Positions 38,182 through 47,866 of a DNA stretch of 64,000 nucleotides are shown piece by piece. The notes below the pieces were generated by a model. It searched no databases, had not been told where the DNA came from, and was given only the letters and a program-made list of their open reading frames with translations. The stretch's first letter is position 1. Every line of letters begins with the position of its first letter. Location of the stretch: positions 1,280,001 to 1,344,000 of the forward strand of contig OY771506.1 of the NCBI GenBank assembly GCA_963674705.1. The letters run 5' to 3'. Origin of the DNA: Phycisphaeraceae bacterium. GTDB taxonomy: Bacteria; Planctomycetota; Phycisphaerae; Phycisphaerales; Phycisphaeraceae. A program made the position numbers and the translations under genes.

Positions 38182-39546
38182 TTATTTTGAGGAATCACCT
38201 AACTTCTCTGTCTTAACCTTCATCGGCCGAATGATATAGGCCACCCCACCATGGCGTATCCACGCCCGCGCTAATTCTTCAGACCGATAAATAATGCCCT
38301 CGCCACGCGTTTTACTCGCCGAATCGTTCATCACCGCGTCGCCGTCTTTTGTTAACCCGCGGATCACGACCAGGTGCCCTTTTGTTGAATCCATCACATT
38401 GCTCGGGAACGTGCCGGACTCGAAACGGATCGATGCGATCAAAGGCTGGCCTTGTGCGATGTAGGCTTTGACCTGGTCCCACGTGCGGATGCGATCCAGG
38501 TACGCATCGAAACCGAGCTGCCCGGCATACGCAACCGCCCTGCCCCAGTTGCCGAAGATACTGTACTCCGGGTCGTAGATCGCCAGCGCGTTATCCACCA
38601 TCGTCCCGTCATCGCCCAGCGATTGCATCACCATCGTGACGGATGTCGGCGAACAGATCTGCGGCTTGAGTGCCGGCGGAGCATCAGCCTGTGTGAAAAA
38701 CGGCACATCCAGCGTCCGCGCCCAGTTGCCTTCAATCTTGATCGGTCGGGCGAGTTCAGCACGTTTGCTTTCATCTTCGATCGCGCCCGAATAAATCATG
38801 ACAAACTTGCGCATGCTCGGGTTGGATGCGCCATCCACATCGTAACTCTGGAACACCGCACGCATCTGGTACGCGTCGGCGGGTCGTTTGAGCACCAGGA
38901 AGTCGATATCAATCTTGCCGTGCTTGAACTGGATGTCCTGCTTGTCATTCGGCGAGGTCTTGCCCCACGAGCCGATATACAACCAAGGCGACCAGTCGCC
39001 GCTTTTCATGTCACGCGAACGGATAAAAAACTTCACGCCCGACTCGGCCTGCACATTCATGTTCCATGAAGGCAACACCTGCGTAAACGGAAAGTCGGTG
39101 ACATACTCCGGACTTGTCCACGTCCCACTGCGCGGATAACGCTCACGGCTGGGCGGATCGTCCAGCGTCAGTTGTCCATCATCATTAACCTTGATGCGTT
39201 TGAATTCGCCGGTCGACCAGTCCGCCGCATCGTCCAACACGATCATGCGGTCAACAATGTGCATCGGATTATTGCGCCAATCGACATCCGGCGAAACGGT
39301 TTTTTCGGTGACGGTTGGTTTGCTTGCACAGCCAACGATAAGCAGGCAGCACAAAACAAGAAGTGAGACAAGTAAAGCTTTTCCGGTCCCCTCTCCTCTC
39401 GGGAGAGGGTTAGGGTGAGGGCCGTCTTGTTTTAAACAACCAGCGTTTAAATGGCGCACTTTCCCCCAAACCGCCCTCATCCCAGCCCTCTCCCGAGGGG
39501 AGAGGGAGTTAACGCAAGTTGTATTTTGCCGCTTTAGTAATCCCAT
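38182..39546 (-). CDS. Peptidase C39-like family lipoprotein
   Basis: Lipobox IVGC. Motifs LDVPFFTQ, ICSPTS, GHLVVIRG and ND. Start uncertain; the N-terminus contains a family E repeat doublet. Confidence 0.82.
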   Translation of the reverse strand: MGLLKRQNTTCVNSLSPRERAGMRAVWGKVRHLNAGCLKQDGPHPNPLPRGEGTGKALLVSLLVLCCLLIVGCASKPTVTEKTVSPDVDWRNNPMHIVDRMIVLDDAADWSTGEFKRIKVNDDGQLTLDDPPSRERYPRSGTWTSPEYVTDFPFTQVLPSWNMNVQAESGVKFFIRSRDMKSGDWSPWLYIGSWGKTSPNDKQDIQFKHGKIDIDFLVLKRPADAYQMRAVFQSYDVDGASNPSMRKFVMIYSGAIEDESKRAELARPIKIEGNWARTLDVPFFTQADAPPALKPQICSPTSVTMVMQSLGDDGTMVDNALAIYDPEYSIFGNWGRAVAYAGQLGFDAYLDRIRTWDQVKAYIAQGQPLIASIRFESGTFPSNVMDSTKGHLVVIRGLTKDGDAVMNDSASKTRGEGIIYRSEELARAWIRHGGVAYIIRPMKVKTEKLGDSSK

Positions 39547-40349
39547 ATCTGGTTCCACGCGGTCATCCAGTCGTCGGCCTTACTCACCGCCTTGAGCGGG
39601 TCGACTAATTCAACGCCGTAGCGCCCCATGAATCGATTGGCTGTATCCACCGTAGACAGGTTGACCGTGATCGTCGTCGGCTTCGCGGGGACGTAAGGCT
39701 TGAGGTTCTTCTTGGGCAATTCAATCAGCGCTTTTCTCGCACCGTCTTCGATCATCTGTCGTGCGCGCTTCGGGGGGACTTGTCGTGCGCTGTAGCGTGA
39801 CAGGCCTTTCTTCACCGCGACGCATTCCAGGCCGTCGATGATTTCCCGGGCTTCGCGGATGGTTGCTTCGTCGCCCGTGACCAGCGCGACCGGACAACCG
39901 TAGTGGCCGCACAGCGCGGCGTTGATCCCGAACTCGCCGACCTCGTCGTCGTTGAAGAAAACGCTACGCCATGTGGTGGTTGAGATCGTGTGACACATCA
40001 CGCCGTCCGGCGTCCCTGCGCGGGCGTGCATCGCGACCATCAGCGCTGCATCACAACCTTTTTCCAGTAGCTCCGTATAGCGCCCCCACGCATGGTGTGC
40101 GACGAATTCACAGTCCGGGTGCAGGTCTTCGGGGATCAGCGAATTGAATGACATGTCTCCACCTGCGCCATGACAATCCACAACGACGATCTCCGTCGCC
40201 CCGCCCGCGATCGCGCCGCGCACGGCCGCGTTGATCTCTTCGGTATACAGTTTGCGCCCCTCCTCATACATCGGTGCGCCGTAGTTCACCCAGTCCCACG
40301 TCACAATCCCGCTGACGCCTTCCATGTCCGACATGATCAGCACGCGCAT
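39534..40349 (-). CDS. M55 family metallopeptidase (D-aminopeptidase DppA-like)
   Basis: Motifs SDMEGVSG, EINAA..GA, DCHG, HARAG....MCHT, GE.GINA and TGD. Confidence 0.92.
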   Translation of the reverse strand: MRVLIMSDMEGVSGIVTWDWVNYGAPMYEEGRKLYTEEINAAVRGAIAGGATEIVVVDCHGAGGDMSFNSLIPEDLHPDCEFVAHHAWGRYTELLEKGCDAALMVAMHARAGTPDGVMCHTISTTTWRSVFFNDDEVGEFGINAALCGHYGCPVALVTGDEATIREAREIIDGLECVAVKKGLSRYSARQVPPKRARQMIEDGARKALIELPKKNLKPYVPAKPTTITVNLSTVDTANRFMGRYGVELVDPLKAVSKADDWMTAWNQIWDY

Positions 40350-40411
40350 GCTAATGCTTCCTTAATCTGAATAGATATCCGCCCTGTCAGACCATTGTAA
40401 CCGGAGTTTTA

Positions 40412-40625
40412 GCCACAGATGAACACGGATGAACACAGATAGGAATATAGATGGCAGGAAGTATCCACAGATTACGCAGATGACGCATATTTTGAATTTA
40501 CAAACCAAAAAGTCTTAATCTGCGCGATCCGCGTAATCTGCGGATATTTCTTCTATCTGTGTTTATCCGTGTTCATCCGTGGCTAACTCTTCTTTTCTTC
40601 GCACTCTCCGCGCCTTCGCGGTTAT
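40412..40625. repeat. Repeat family C nested inverted repeat block
   Basis: gccacagatgaacacggatgaacacagatag pairs with ctatctgtgtttatccgtgttcatccgtggc, enclosing atccacagattacgcagat and atccgcgtaatctgcggat. Confidence 0.85.
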
Positions 40626-41446
40626 TCCTGCTTCTCTTTCGCCAAGCTCTGCGAGGTGATCCAATCCAGCAGGCCCGGTTCTTCGAACGCCGGCGACCAA
40701 CTGTTGTGGCCGACGCCGGGATACTCGGTGTACTTCGGTTCACCGCCCGCTTCTTTGATCGCTTTGATCATCGCCCGCGTCAGGTCGACGCTAACGACGG
40801 GGTCGGCGTCGCCGTGGAACGCCCAGATGGGCGTGTCGACGATTGATTCTGCTTTAGAGGTATCACCCCCGCCACAGATCGGGACCGCCGCAGCGAAGCG
40901 CCCGGGCCAACGGCTGATCGCGTCCCACGAACCGAAGCCGCCCATCGATAGACCCATGATGTACAGACGATCCGAGTCGACGTCGTACTTTTCGATCATC
41001 TGGTCGACAACCGCCTGCGCGTTTTTCATCGGCTCGGCGGGTTCGGGGTTGAGCGTCATCTTGCCTTCAGCGCGATCGATGTTGCTCCACCATCCGCCTT
41101 CCGGACATTGCGGGACGATGACGATGCAGTGGTATTCGTTCGCCGCTTTGAGCAGGATGTCTTTGCCCCAGACAAGTTGCTTTTCATTGTCGTTGCCGCG
41201 CTCGCCCGCGCCGTGCAGGAACAGCAACAACGGCATCGGGCCTTGCACATTCTTCGGGACGAGCAGGCGGTAAGGCAACTCGCTTCCATTTTCATCTTTA
41301 TAGATGTGCGATTCAAAAGGTGTTGTTTGCTTGGCGGATTCTTTGGATTCTTCAGCGTAAGCCGGCGTCGTTTGAGATATCCAAACGACTGCGAGAGCGA
41401 ACATCGTGAGCAATTGAACGAGTGAACAACGTTTACCTGGCATCAT
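40622..41446 (-). CDS. Secreted alpha/beta hydrolase (phospholipase/carboxylesterase or predicted peptidase)
   Basis: Signal peptide AYA-EE. Motifs LFLHGAGERG, GLSMGG, FHGDAD and GHNSW. Confidence 0.9.
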   Translation of the reverse strand: MMPGKRCSLVQLLTMFALAVVWISQTTPAYAEESKESAKQTTPFESHIYKDENGSELPYRLLVPKNVQGPMPLLLFLHGAGERGNDNEKQLVWGKDILLKAANEYHCIVIVPQCPEGGWWSNIDRAEGKMTLNPEPAEPMKNAQAVVDQMIEKYDVDSDRLYIMGLSMGGFGSWDAISRWPGRFAAAVPICGGGDTSKAESIVDTPIWAFHGDADPVVSVDLTRAMIKAIKEAGGEPKYTEYPGVGHNSWSPAFEEPGLLDWITSQSLAKEKQE

Positions 41447-41607
41447 GGACTCCTTCGCATTGAGTTGTTCGTGTCTTTGGGTTGTTCAATAGTCTAACGA
41501 TCTGTTGATGAGTGGTGGATAAGTTTGTCTCGGCGGGTGTTTAGAAGCGATCTAAGACAGAAATCGTTAGGACTGGGATAATTTTCGTGCTATTTGGCAA
41601 AAAGGGG

Positions 41608-41637
41608 TTGCGTGGATTGGCGGGGTTGAGTTAAATT
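41608..41637 (+). promoter_or_regulatory. Sigma-70-like promoter for candidate sRNA 1
   Basis: TTGCGT, 17-18 bp spacer, then TTAAAT/TAAATT. A-tract upstream. Confidence 0.5.
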
Positions 41638-41642
41638 CGTCG

Positions 41643-41800
41643 TCGCAGGAAACGGAGGGGACAAGAGGAGAGGAGAAAGACGAACTACCGTCCCTACGGT
41701 AGTGCGGAGACCGGAGCGAAAAGCCCGGACTTTTGCCTCAATCCGTTAACTGTAAGACCGCCGCCTGGAGGGGAGAGCTCAAGGGCGGCGGTATTTTTTT
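41643..41800 (+). ncRNA. Candidate GGA-rich small RNA (CsrB/Rsm-like)
   Basis: Ten GGA motifs in about 130 nt, hairpins, no ATG, and terminator accgccgcc...ggcggcggt-a-T7. Confidence 0.5.
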
Positions 41801-41893
41801 GCGCGCATCGCATGGGGGTTTGGGTAATTTGACCGGCCGCTGAAGTGGCCTCGCCAAGGGCGTGGCACTTACAGCATGCTCGGATCGGCGCAT

Positions 41894-42049
41894 AAAAAAG
41901 CTCCGACCGTGATCATCCTGCAGTACCAGAACAGCCTTACAGGGCATAACGGTCGGAGCCTGTCAGAAGCCGGCACAGGTCCCCGAATCCGGAGGGCGGG
42001 TTCCGGATTGGGGCTCCGAGTAGTGCACTCGGCAGCCAGCCCCTCATTC
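41894..42049 (-). ncRNA. Candidate highly structured small RNA (or leaderless 36-aa ORF)
   Basis: Promoter TTGTCT-17-TATCTT (42084-42056). Four consecutive hairpins, the last an 11-bp stem followed by T6. Confidence 0.5.
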
Positions 42050-42306
42050 AGAGGTAAGATAACGACCAGATCGTCATAAGACAAGGCGATCTTTTCAAAT
42101 TTGTGCATTTTTTTCGTACTTAAATACTGCGAAATATCCGCGAATCCGGGTTTATCCGGGCTTGGTATCTGATCTTTTCGTGCTATTATTATGTAATAGA
42201 CCTGCCTTTGCGCGCCATTACCCCCCGAGTGGAGAGCTTCGGCGGCGCGCGGCCTGAAAAGACTAACTTATAACGAACCTAATCTTATTAGGAGGACGGG
42301 GAAAAC

Positions 42307-45300
42307 ATGCCTATCGACGCATCCAACGACCACTCTGCTGACCACCGCAAAACCGATCACGAGCCTGCAAGAATCGAGCCGCTTGAGCCGCGCCTGCTGT
42401 TGTCCGCCAGCACGCTTGATTCGATCCAGAATCAACAGGACTTTGCTGAGTATCTCGATAGCGTCGGGCTTGGGAACCTCGATCAGTACGATGTCAGCAT
42501 CACGATCGATATACCGGACGGCTACATTGCCGCGTCCGCTGCCGCTTCCGAACAACTGGCGTCGATGGCCGCAGCGGGCCTGAACGCAATAGGATCGCAA
42601 CCCGTCGGCGCGCTGACCGGCAAGATCGTCTACCTGCACGGCGGGCACGGCTTAACCGCCAACGAAAACGGTAGCTGGGGTTTCCAACGCCCCGAGATAG
42701 AGGAAATCGTCGAAGACCTGAGCAACCAGGACATGATGACGTTCCTGGCCGACTTCCTCTGGCGCGCCGGTGCGACCATCGTTCCGCTAAGGCCAATCGG
42801 GCATCAGACCAACGAAGTGATCATCGATAACGATGATGCCGAAGTCACCTATGTTGGGTCATGGGGCAACAGCACGCAATCTGTGTTTTATGGCAGCCCG
42901 GGTGACACTCCCTATCGTTACGCATCAACTTCGGCTACCGAAACCGCCTACGCTCGTTACCGCCCCGATATCCCTGAGGCCGGGTACTACCCCGTCTACA
43001 CATGGGTGCATGACGGGTCGGACCGGGTCAACCAACTCTATAAAGTAACCCACTCCGGTGGGACAACCGAAGTACGCGTCGATCACCGGATGGTCGGTGA
43101 CGGCCTGGTCTACCTCGGCACTTACTACTTCGAGCAGGGGACCGACGGCTATGTCGATATCAGCAACGAAAACAGTGAGTCGGGCAACGTCATCGCCGAC
43201 ATGATCCGCTTCGGTAACGGCATGGGCGACATCGCGCCTTACGGCACGATCTCCGGTACGTCACGCGAGAACGAACCCGGTGTCTATTGGATCGCTCAAA
43301 ACTTGGGTCAGGGCATCTCCGCCAGCACCGCCTACGGCAGCCTGAGCTCCACCGTCAGCGCCCCGCCGCGCTTCGCGGCCTTCATGAACAACTCTGCGGC
43401 AGGTTCGCTCAGCGATCGCGTCTTCATCAGCTACCACTCTAACGCGGGCGGCGGCCGTGGCGCGGTAGGGTTGCACAACACCAATAGCGGTGGTGCGACA
43501 CCCAACCAGTTCCTCTTGGCGGACATCCTCGGCGGTAAGGTCAACGATGACATGTCCGCGCTCAACGGCACGTTCGAGCACGACTGGTCTACCCGCACTT
43601 CCGACACGTACCAAGCGGACTTCAATTACGGCGAGATCAACAATTCTTACATCAACGACGAGTTCGACGCGACCATCCTCGAGTGGGCATTCCACGACAG
43701 TTCGTTGGACCTGGACCTGATGCGTGACGCGGACGTCCGTATCGCCGTGGCCCGCGCGACCTATCAGGGCCTGCAGCAGTACTTCAATACGGTCGATGGC
43801 GGGGCCACCGGCTTGACCTTCCTGCCCGATCCCGTGACGGACGTGATGACCGAGACCAACGGCGATGGGACCGTGACAGTCAGTTGGACTCCGCCGGCAT
43901 ATCTGGCGGTCGGCGGCGACACACCGACAGGCTACATGATCTACACCTCACTCAACGGCTACGGCTTCGACGGCGGGACGTATGTCGCCGGCGGTTCGAC
44001 CACCAGCTTCACCATGACCGGTTTGGATTACAACAACGGCACGCACTACTTCAAGGTTGTCGCCGTGAACGCCGGTGGTGAATCACTCGGCTCCAGTGTT
44101 GTCGCCGCGACACCGCTGCCCGCCGCGGCCCCGTCCAAGGTCCTGATCGTCAACGGCTTCGACCGCGTCGACCGCACCGGCAACGACCGCGAAGCGCAGC
44201 CCAACGGTTACGTCGTCGACCGTATACGCCTGCAATATCAGAACTCCGGCGATTATGCCGTGCAGATCGGTGAAGCGCTTGAAGCGTTCAACCCCGCCAT
44301 CGCGATCGACACCGTTCAAAACGAAAACGTCACAAGCCTTGACATCGATCTGACCGACTACGACACGGTCATCTGGATCCTCGGCGAAGAGTCCACCGCC
44401 GACCAGACCTTCAGCACCGCCGAGCAGTTCCTGGTGGATAACTTCGTGTCTAACGGCGGCGACCTGCTCGTTTCCGGATCGGAAATCGGCTGGGACCTTG
44501 ATGCCAGCGGTAACGGCGCATCCTTCTACAACAACACGCTTGGCGGCGACTACGTATCCGATGACGCAGGCTCTTACAGCGTCAACGGTGTCGCCGGCTC
44601 CATCTTTGAAGGGCTCAGCTTCAGCTTCGATAACGGCACGTTGTTCTACAACGTCGACTATCCCGATGTGATCAACCCCTCAGGCGGTTCGCAGCTCGCG
44701 CTGACATACTCCACCGGTGGCGGCGCAGCCGTGCAGAAGAAGGGCTCGACCGCCGGCGACGTCGTCATGCTCGCCTTCCCGTTTGAGACGATCACCACCG
44801 CTTCGGATCGTGCCGATGTCATGGCGGCCATCATGGACTTCTTCGGCGCGCCGCCCAGCGAGATCCCCGGCCCGCCCAGCGGCATCGTCGCCACGCCGGG
44901 TGATAACAGCATCGGCCTCGACTGGTCGGATAATACTGAAGAAGACATCCTCGGCTACAACGTCCTGCGATCCCTCAGTGAAGGTGGCACTTACACCCAG
45001 ATCAATATCTCGACCGTTCTCGTCAGTGAGTTCGTCGATAACGATGTTTTCAACGGCGTTACCTACTACTACAAGCTCGAAGCCATTGATAACGACCTGA
45101 ACGTCAGCGAGCCAAGTATTGCGATTGATGCTACGCCTGACGATTACGCAAGTGATAAGAACGGTGCGATTACGATCGCGATCCCGTCGACAACCGACGG
45201 CAACATGGGGTCGGCGGACAGCGACTGGTTCGGTTTGAGCCTGACTGCCGGTACGGAATATATCTTCACGTTAACGAACGATGGTCTATCCAGCGGTGGC

Positions 45301-46257
45301 TTACGGTTGTACACCGCAAGCGGTTCCACCATCCTCGCCACGAATGATGGTCCGGCCAGTGGTTCCACGCTTGCACAGATCGTGTATACCCCGACCTTTA
45401 GCACCACGTATTACATTGTGGCGGTTGGTAACGGTGGTGCGAGCGGCGATTATCAACTTACCGTGCAGGAAGCCGACGACCATGGTAACTCGATTGCCGA
45501 AGCGACCGAATTGCCGGGCGCGTTTGGTTTAGGCAAGGTCGAAGTCAGTGGTGATGTTGATTACTTCCACGTGCCGGTTGTCGAGGGCATGACCTACACC
45601 TTCGGTGTTCTTGACCTGGGTCTGCCCGACGCGATCCTCAATCTCTACAACAATGGCGGCGCGATCATCTCGCAGAATATCGGCTCCAACCCGGGTTCAA
45701 CGCACGCCCAAATCAACTGGCTCGCTTCGGCTGACGGCTACGTTTATCTCAGCGTTGCCGCACAAGCCGGTTCGCTCGGTCAATACGCCGTCACCATCAG
45801 CGCCACCGACCAACTTGATGGCGATCTGAATAGCGACGGTTTCGTCGGTCTGGATGACCTGGATATTGTCTTGAACAACTGGAACCAGAACGTGACCGCC
45901 GGCGAATGGTCGCAAGGCGATCCTTCCGGCGACGGTTTTGTCGGCCTGGATGATCTGGATATCGTTCTGAACAACTGGAACAACGGCACGCCTGCCGCCG
46001 CCACCGCCAGTGCAACCGAGACGCTCGCCGCATCAACCAGCGAATCAACGCAACCTGTTCAGACGCAGCAGCAACGTCAGACCCAACAGCAGCAGACGCA
46101 ACGCCAGACTCGACAACAACAGCAGGTGCAGACACAACCGGTCAACACCCCGCTGCTCGGAAACTGGCAACAGACCCAGTCACGTTCGGCTTTCGCTTCA
46201 CAAGATGACGACAGCCTCGCGCCGACGCTTGGCCTTTGGGAAGCCGACAAACTCTGA
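42307..46257 (+). CDS. Large extracellular protein: LEPRxLL motif, N-acetylmuramoyl-L-alanine amidase (Amidase_3-like), golvesin-like, FN3, PPC-like and dockerin-like domains
   Basis: RIEPLEPRLLLS. Zn ligands in IVYLHGGHG, E and ISYHSNA, catalytic TILEWAFHD. FN3 signatures VTVSWTPP and YFKVVAVN. Two DGFVGLDDLDIVLNNW repeats and a Gln-rich tail. Confidence 0.82.
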   Translation: MPIDASNDHSADHRKTDHEPARIEPLEPRLLLSASTLDSIQNQQDFAEYLDSVGLGNLDQYDVSITIDIPDGYIAASAAASEQLASMAAAGLNAIGSQPVGALTGKIVYLHGGHGLTANENGSWGFQRPEIEEIVEDLSNQDMMTFLADFLWRAGATIVPLRPIGHQTNEVIIDNDDAEVTYVGSWGNSTQSVFYGSPGDTPYRYASTSATETAYARYRPDIPEAGYYPVYTWVHDGSDRVNQLYKVTHSGGTTEVRVDHRMVGDGLVYLGTYYFEQGTDGYVDISNENSESGNVIADMIRFGNGMGDIAPYGTISGTSRENEPGVYWIAQNLGQGISASTAYGSLSSTVSAPPRFAAFMNNSAAGSLSDRVFISYHSNAGGGRGAVGLHNTNSGGATPNQFLLADILGGKVNDDMSALNGTFEHDWSTRTSDTYQADFNYGEINNSYINDEFDATILEWAFHDSSLDLDLMRDADVRIAVARATYQGLQQYFNTVDGGATGLTFLPDPVTDVMTETNGDGTVTVSWTPPAYLAVGGDTPTGYMIYTSLNGYGFDGGTYVAGGSTTSFTMTGLDYNNGTHYFKVVAVNAGGESLGSSVVAATPLPAAAPSKVLIVNGFDRVDRTGNDREAQPNGYVVDRIRLQYQNSGDYAVQIGEALEAFNPAIAIDTVQNENVTSLDIDLTDYDTVIWILGEESTADQTFSTAEQFLVDNFVSNGGDLLVSGSEIGWDLDASGNGASFYNNTLGGDYVSDDAGSYSVNGVAGSIFEGLSFSFDNGTLFYNVDYPDVINPSGGSQLALTYSTGGGAAVQKKGSTAGDVVMLAFPFETITTASDRADVMAAIMDFFGAPPSEIPGPPSGIVATPGDNSIGLDWSDNTEEDILGYNVLRSLSEGGTYTQINISTVLVSEFVDNDVFNGVTYYYKLEAIDNDLNVSEPSIAIDATPDDYASDKNGAITIAIPSTTDGNMGSADSDWFGLSLTAGTEYIFTLTNDGLSSGGLRLYTASGSTILATNDGPASGSTLAQIVYTPTFSTTYYIVAVGNGGASGDYQLTVQEADDHGNSIAEATELPGAFGLGKVEVSGDVDYFHVPVVEGMTYTFGVLDLGLPDAILNLYNNGGAIISQNIGSNPGSTHAQINWLASADGYVYLSVAAQAGSLGQYAVTISATDQLDGDLNSDGFVGLDDLDIVLNNWNQNVTAGEWSQGDPSGDGFVGLDDLDIVLNNWNNGTPAAATASATETLAASTSESTQPVQTQQQRQTQQQQTQRQTRQQQQVQTQPVNTPLLGNWQQTQSRSAFASQDDDSLAPTLGLWEADKL

Positions 46258-46283
46258 TCGGCATTTTAAAACTTACTCACCCC

Positions 46284-46318
46284 AACGAACGCGCTCCGCA
46301 GCGCGTTCGTTTTTATTT
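46284..46318 (+). terminator. Intrinsic terminator
   Basis: aacgaacgcgct-ccgc-agcgcgttcgtt followed by tttattt. Confidence 0.8.
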
Positions 46319-46450
46319 AACAAGACTCAGCCGGGATGAACGGCTGATGCGCTTAAGTCGTTACGCCGCCCTTTTTGCGTCTTTTTGTACATTTTCGTGG
46401 CTATCCAAAATGTCGAAGTGAGTTTTCCCGTGCTACTTTGTGCCGGGTGT

Positions 46451-46861
46451 TTATTCTGTTGACTTCTGTCCCGGCGCCAATACCGCCAAACCCAGCAGCA
46501 GCCAGCCCACGATAAACGATGTGCCGCCGAGCGGCGCGATCATTCCGAACCACTTCGCGCCCGTGCCGACCAGCAGGTACAAGCTGCCGCTGAAAAGCAC
46601 GACGCCCAGGACAAACATCCACCCCGCGGCGATCGGCAATCGGCCGGGCCAACGCATGCACACAAACGCCGCCGCCAACGCCGCCAGTGCATGGTACATG
46701 TGATAGCGCACCCCAACCTCGAACGTGTGCATCGCATGCTCATCCAGGTACTTCGGCAACACGTGCGCCGCGAACGTCCCGCCCACCACCGCCAGCATGC
46801 CCAGCAGTGCCGCCGCCGCAATCAACACCCGGCTCGCCAGTAAAGTTTCCGCCTTTTCCAT
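46451..46861 (-). CDS. DUF423 family membrane protein
   Basis: Motifs GTFAAH, FEVGVRYHMYHALA, LFSGSLY and APLGG. Confidence 0.9.
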   Translation of the reverse strand: MEKAETLLASRVLIAAAALLGMLAVVGGTFAAHVLPKYLDEHAMHTFEVGVRYHMYHALAALAAAFVCMRWPGRLPIAAGWMFVLGVVLFSGSLYLLVGTGAKWFGMIAPLGGTSFIVGWLLLGLAVLAPGQKSTE

Positions 46862-46931
46862 GTTCGCCTCAACAATAAGCCCGGGAGTCGTTCTCAACAC
46901 CCAGCCATTTATTTGCATCAGTTCGATCCGC

Positions 46932-47624
46932 TTAATCCAACTTCTTTGGCCGCCCGATTGGCCTAAGACTCGAAGCGATACCCAGGCGATCGGCGATGCG
47001 CGTGGCCCACCGATCTTCTCCATACGGAGCACTGCGCTTGATGCATCGGCTCAAGGCCTCGGCCTCTTTATCGCTCAGCGCCGTGTTCACGATCTGCTTC
47101 CATTGCCTCGGCCGATCGATCGGCCAATCACTTAGCACCGGCAATGCCGGGTCGCGCCCTTCGCTGCTTCGCCGATTCTCCCAACGCCACAATGACCCCC
47201 AGCGCCAACGCTCGGCTCGCTTGACAAGTCTCGCACGCATCGCGTTACGCTCCACGTATCGCAACACCGACAGCAGGTGTTCATCTTGTTGGATCGGGAA
47301 TGACTTGAACCGCCCCTGATACACCGGCCCCGTCCCCGCCGATTCAAAGTGTACGTGCCAACGCAGCGTGTGCGTCACCGTTAACCAGCGCATGAACTCG
47401 CTCAACTCCCCGTCACGCCGCGGCCGGAGCACCAGGTGCCAGTGGTCGGGCATCAGGCAGTAACCGAGCAGCCGTACGCCCGGCTCACGCTCCAGCGCCT
47501 CCGCCAGCACGCGCTCAAACACCGCGTAATCCTCGTCATCATCAAATATCTGCATCTGCTCCATGCCACGGTTTAAAACGTGGTAAACAAGTCCCCCCGC
47601 CGATGCTCGTGGTGGTCTGGGCAT
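46932..47624 (-). mobile_element. REP-associated tyrosine transposase (RAYT, IS200-like Y1)
   Basis: Motifs MPRPPR, YHVLNRG, YCLMPDHWHLV (HUH), YQGRFKS and RYVERN. Confidence 0.9.
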
Positions 47625-47866
47625 GGTGAAAGGTTAGAACCTGTCAATGAACCGGTCAAATCGACTCCCGGCCCCTTTTCCTTAAGCACAATAAAAGCCA
47701 AAAATGTCTTGTATATCGCGCGGCCTCCGATTACTATGAACCTTTGCTGGTTCGGTTCTCGACGGTGCGGTCTCTCGGCAGCAATCGCTTTTTTTGCCTG
47801 TCACGCATCATCAAGCATCGCCTTGGTCGGCAACACCAATGCGACACAATTCACGAGGAGGGCATC

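Noticed and set aside
41640..42050. tmRNA, SRP RNA, RNase P RNA or tRNA identity for the structured intergenic units
   Set aside because: The diagnostic motifs (T-arm GTTCGA with CCA end, SRP GGAAG-AGCAG loop, RNase P GAGGAAAGTCC) were not seen; an Rfam search is still needed.
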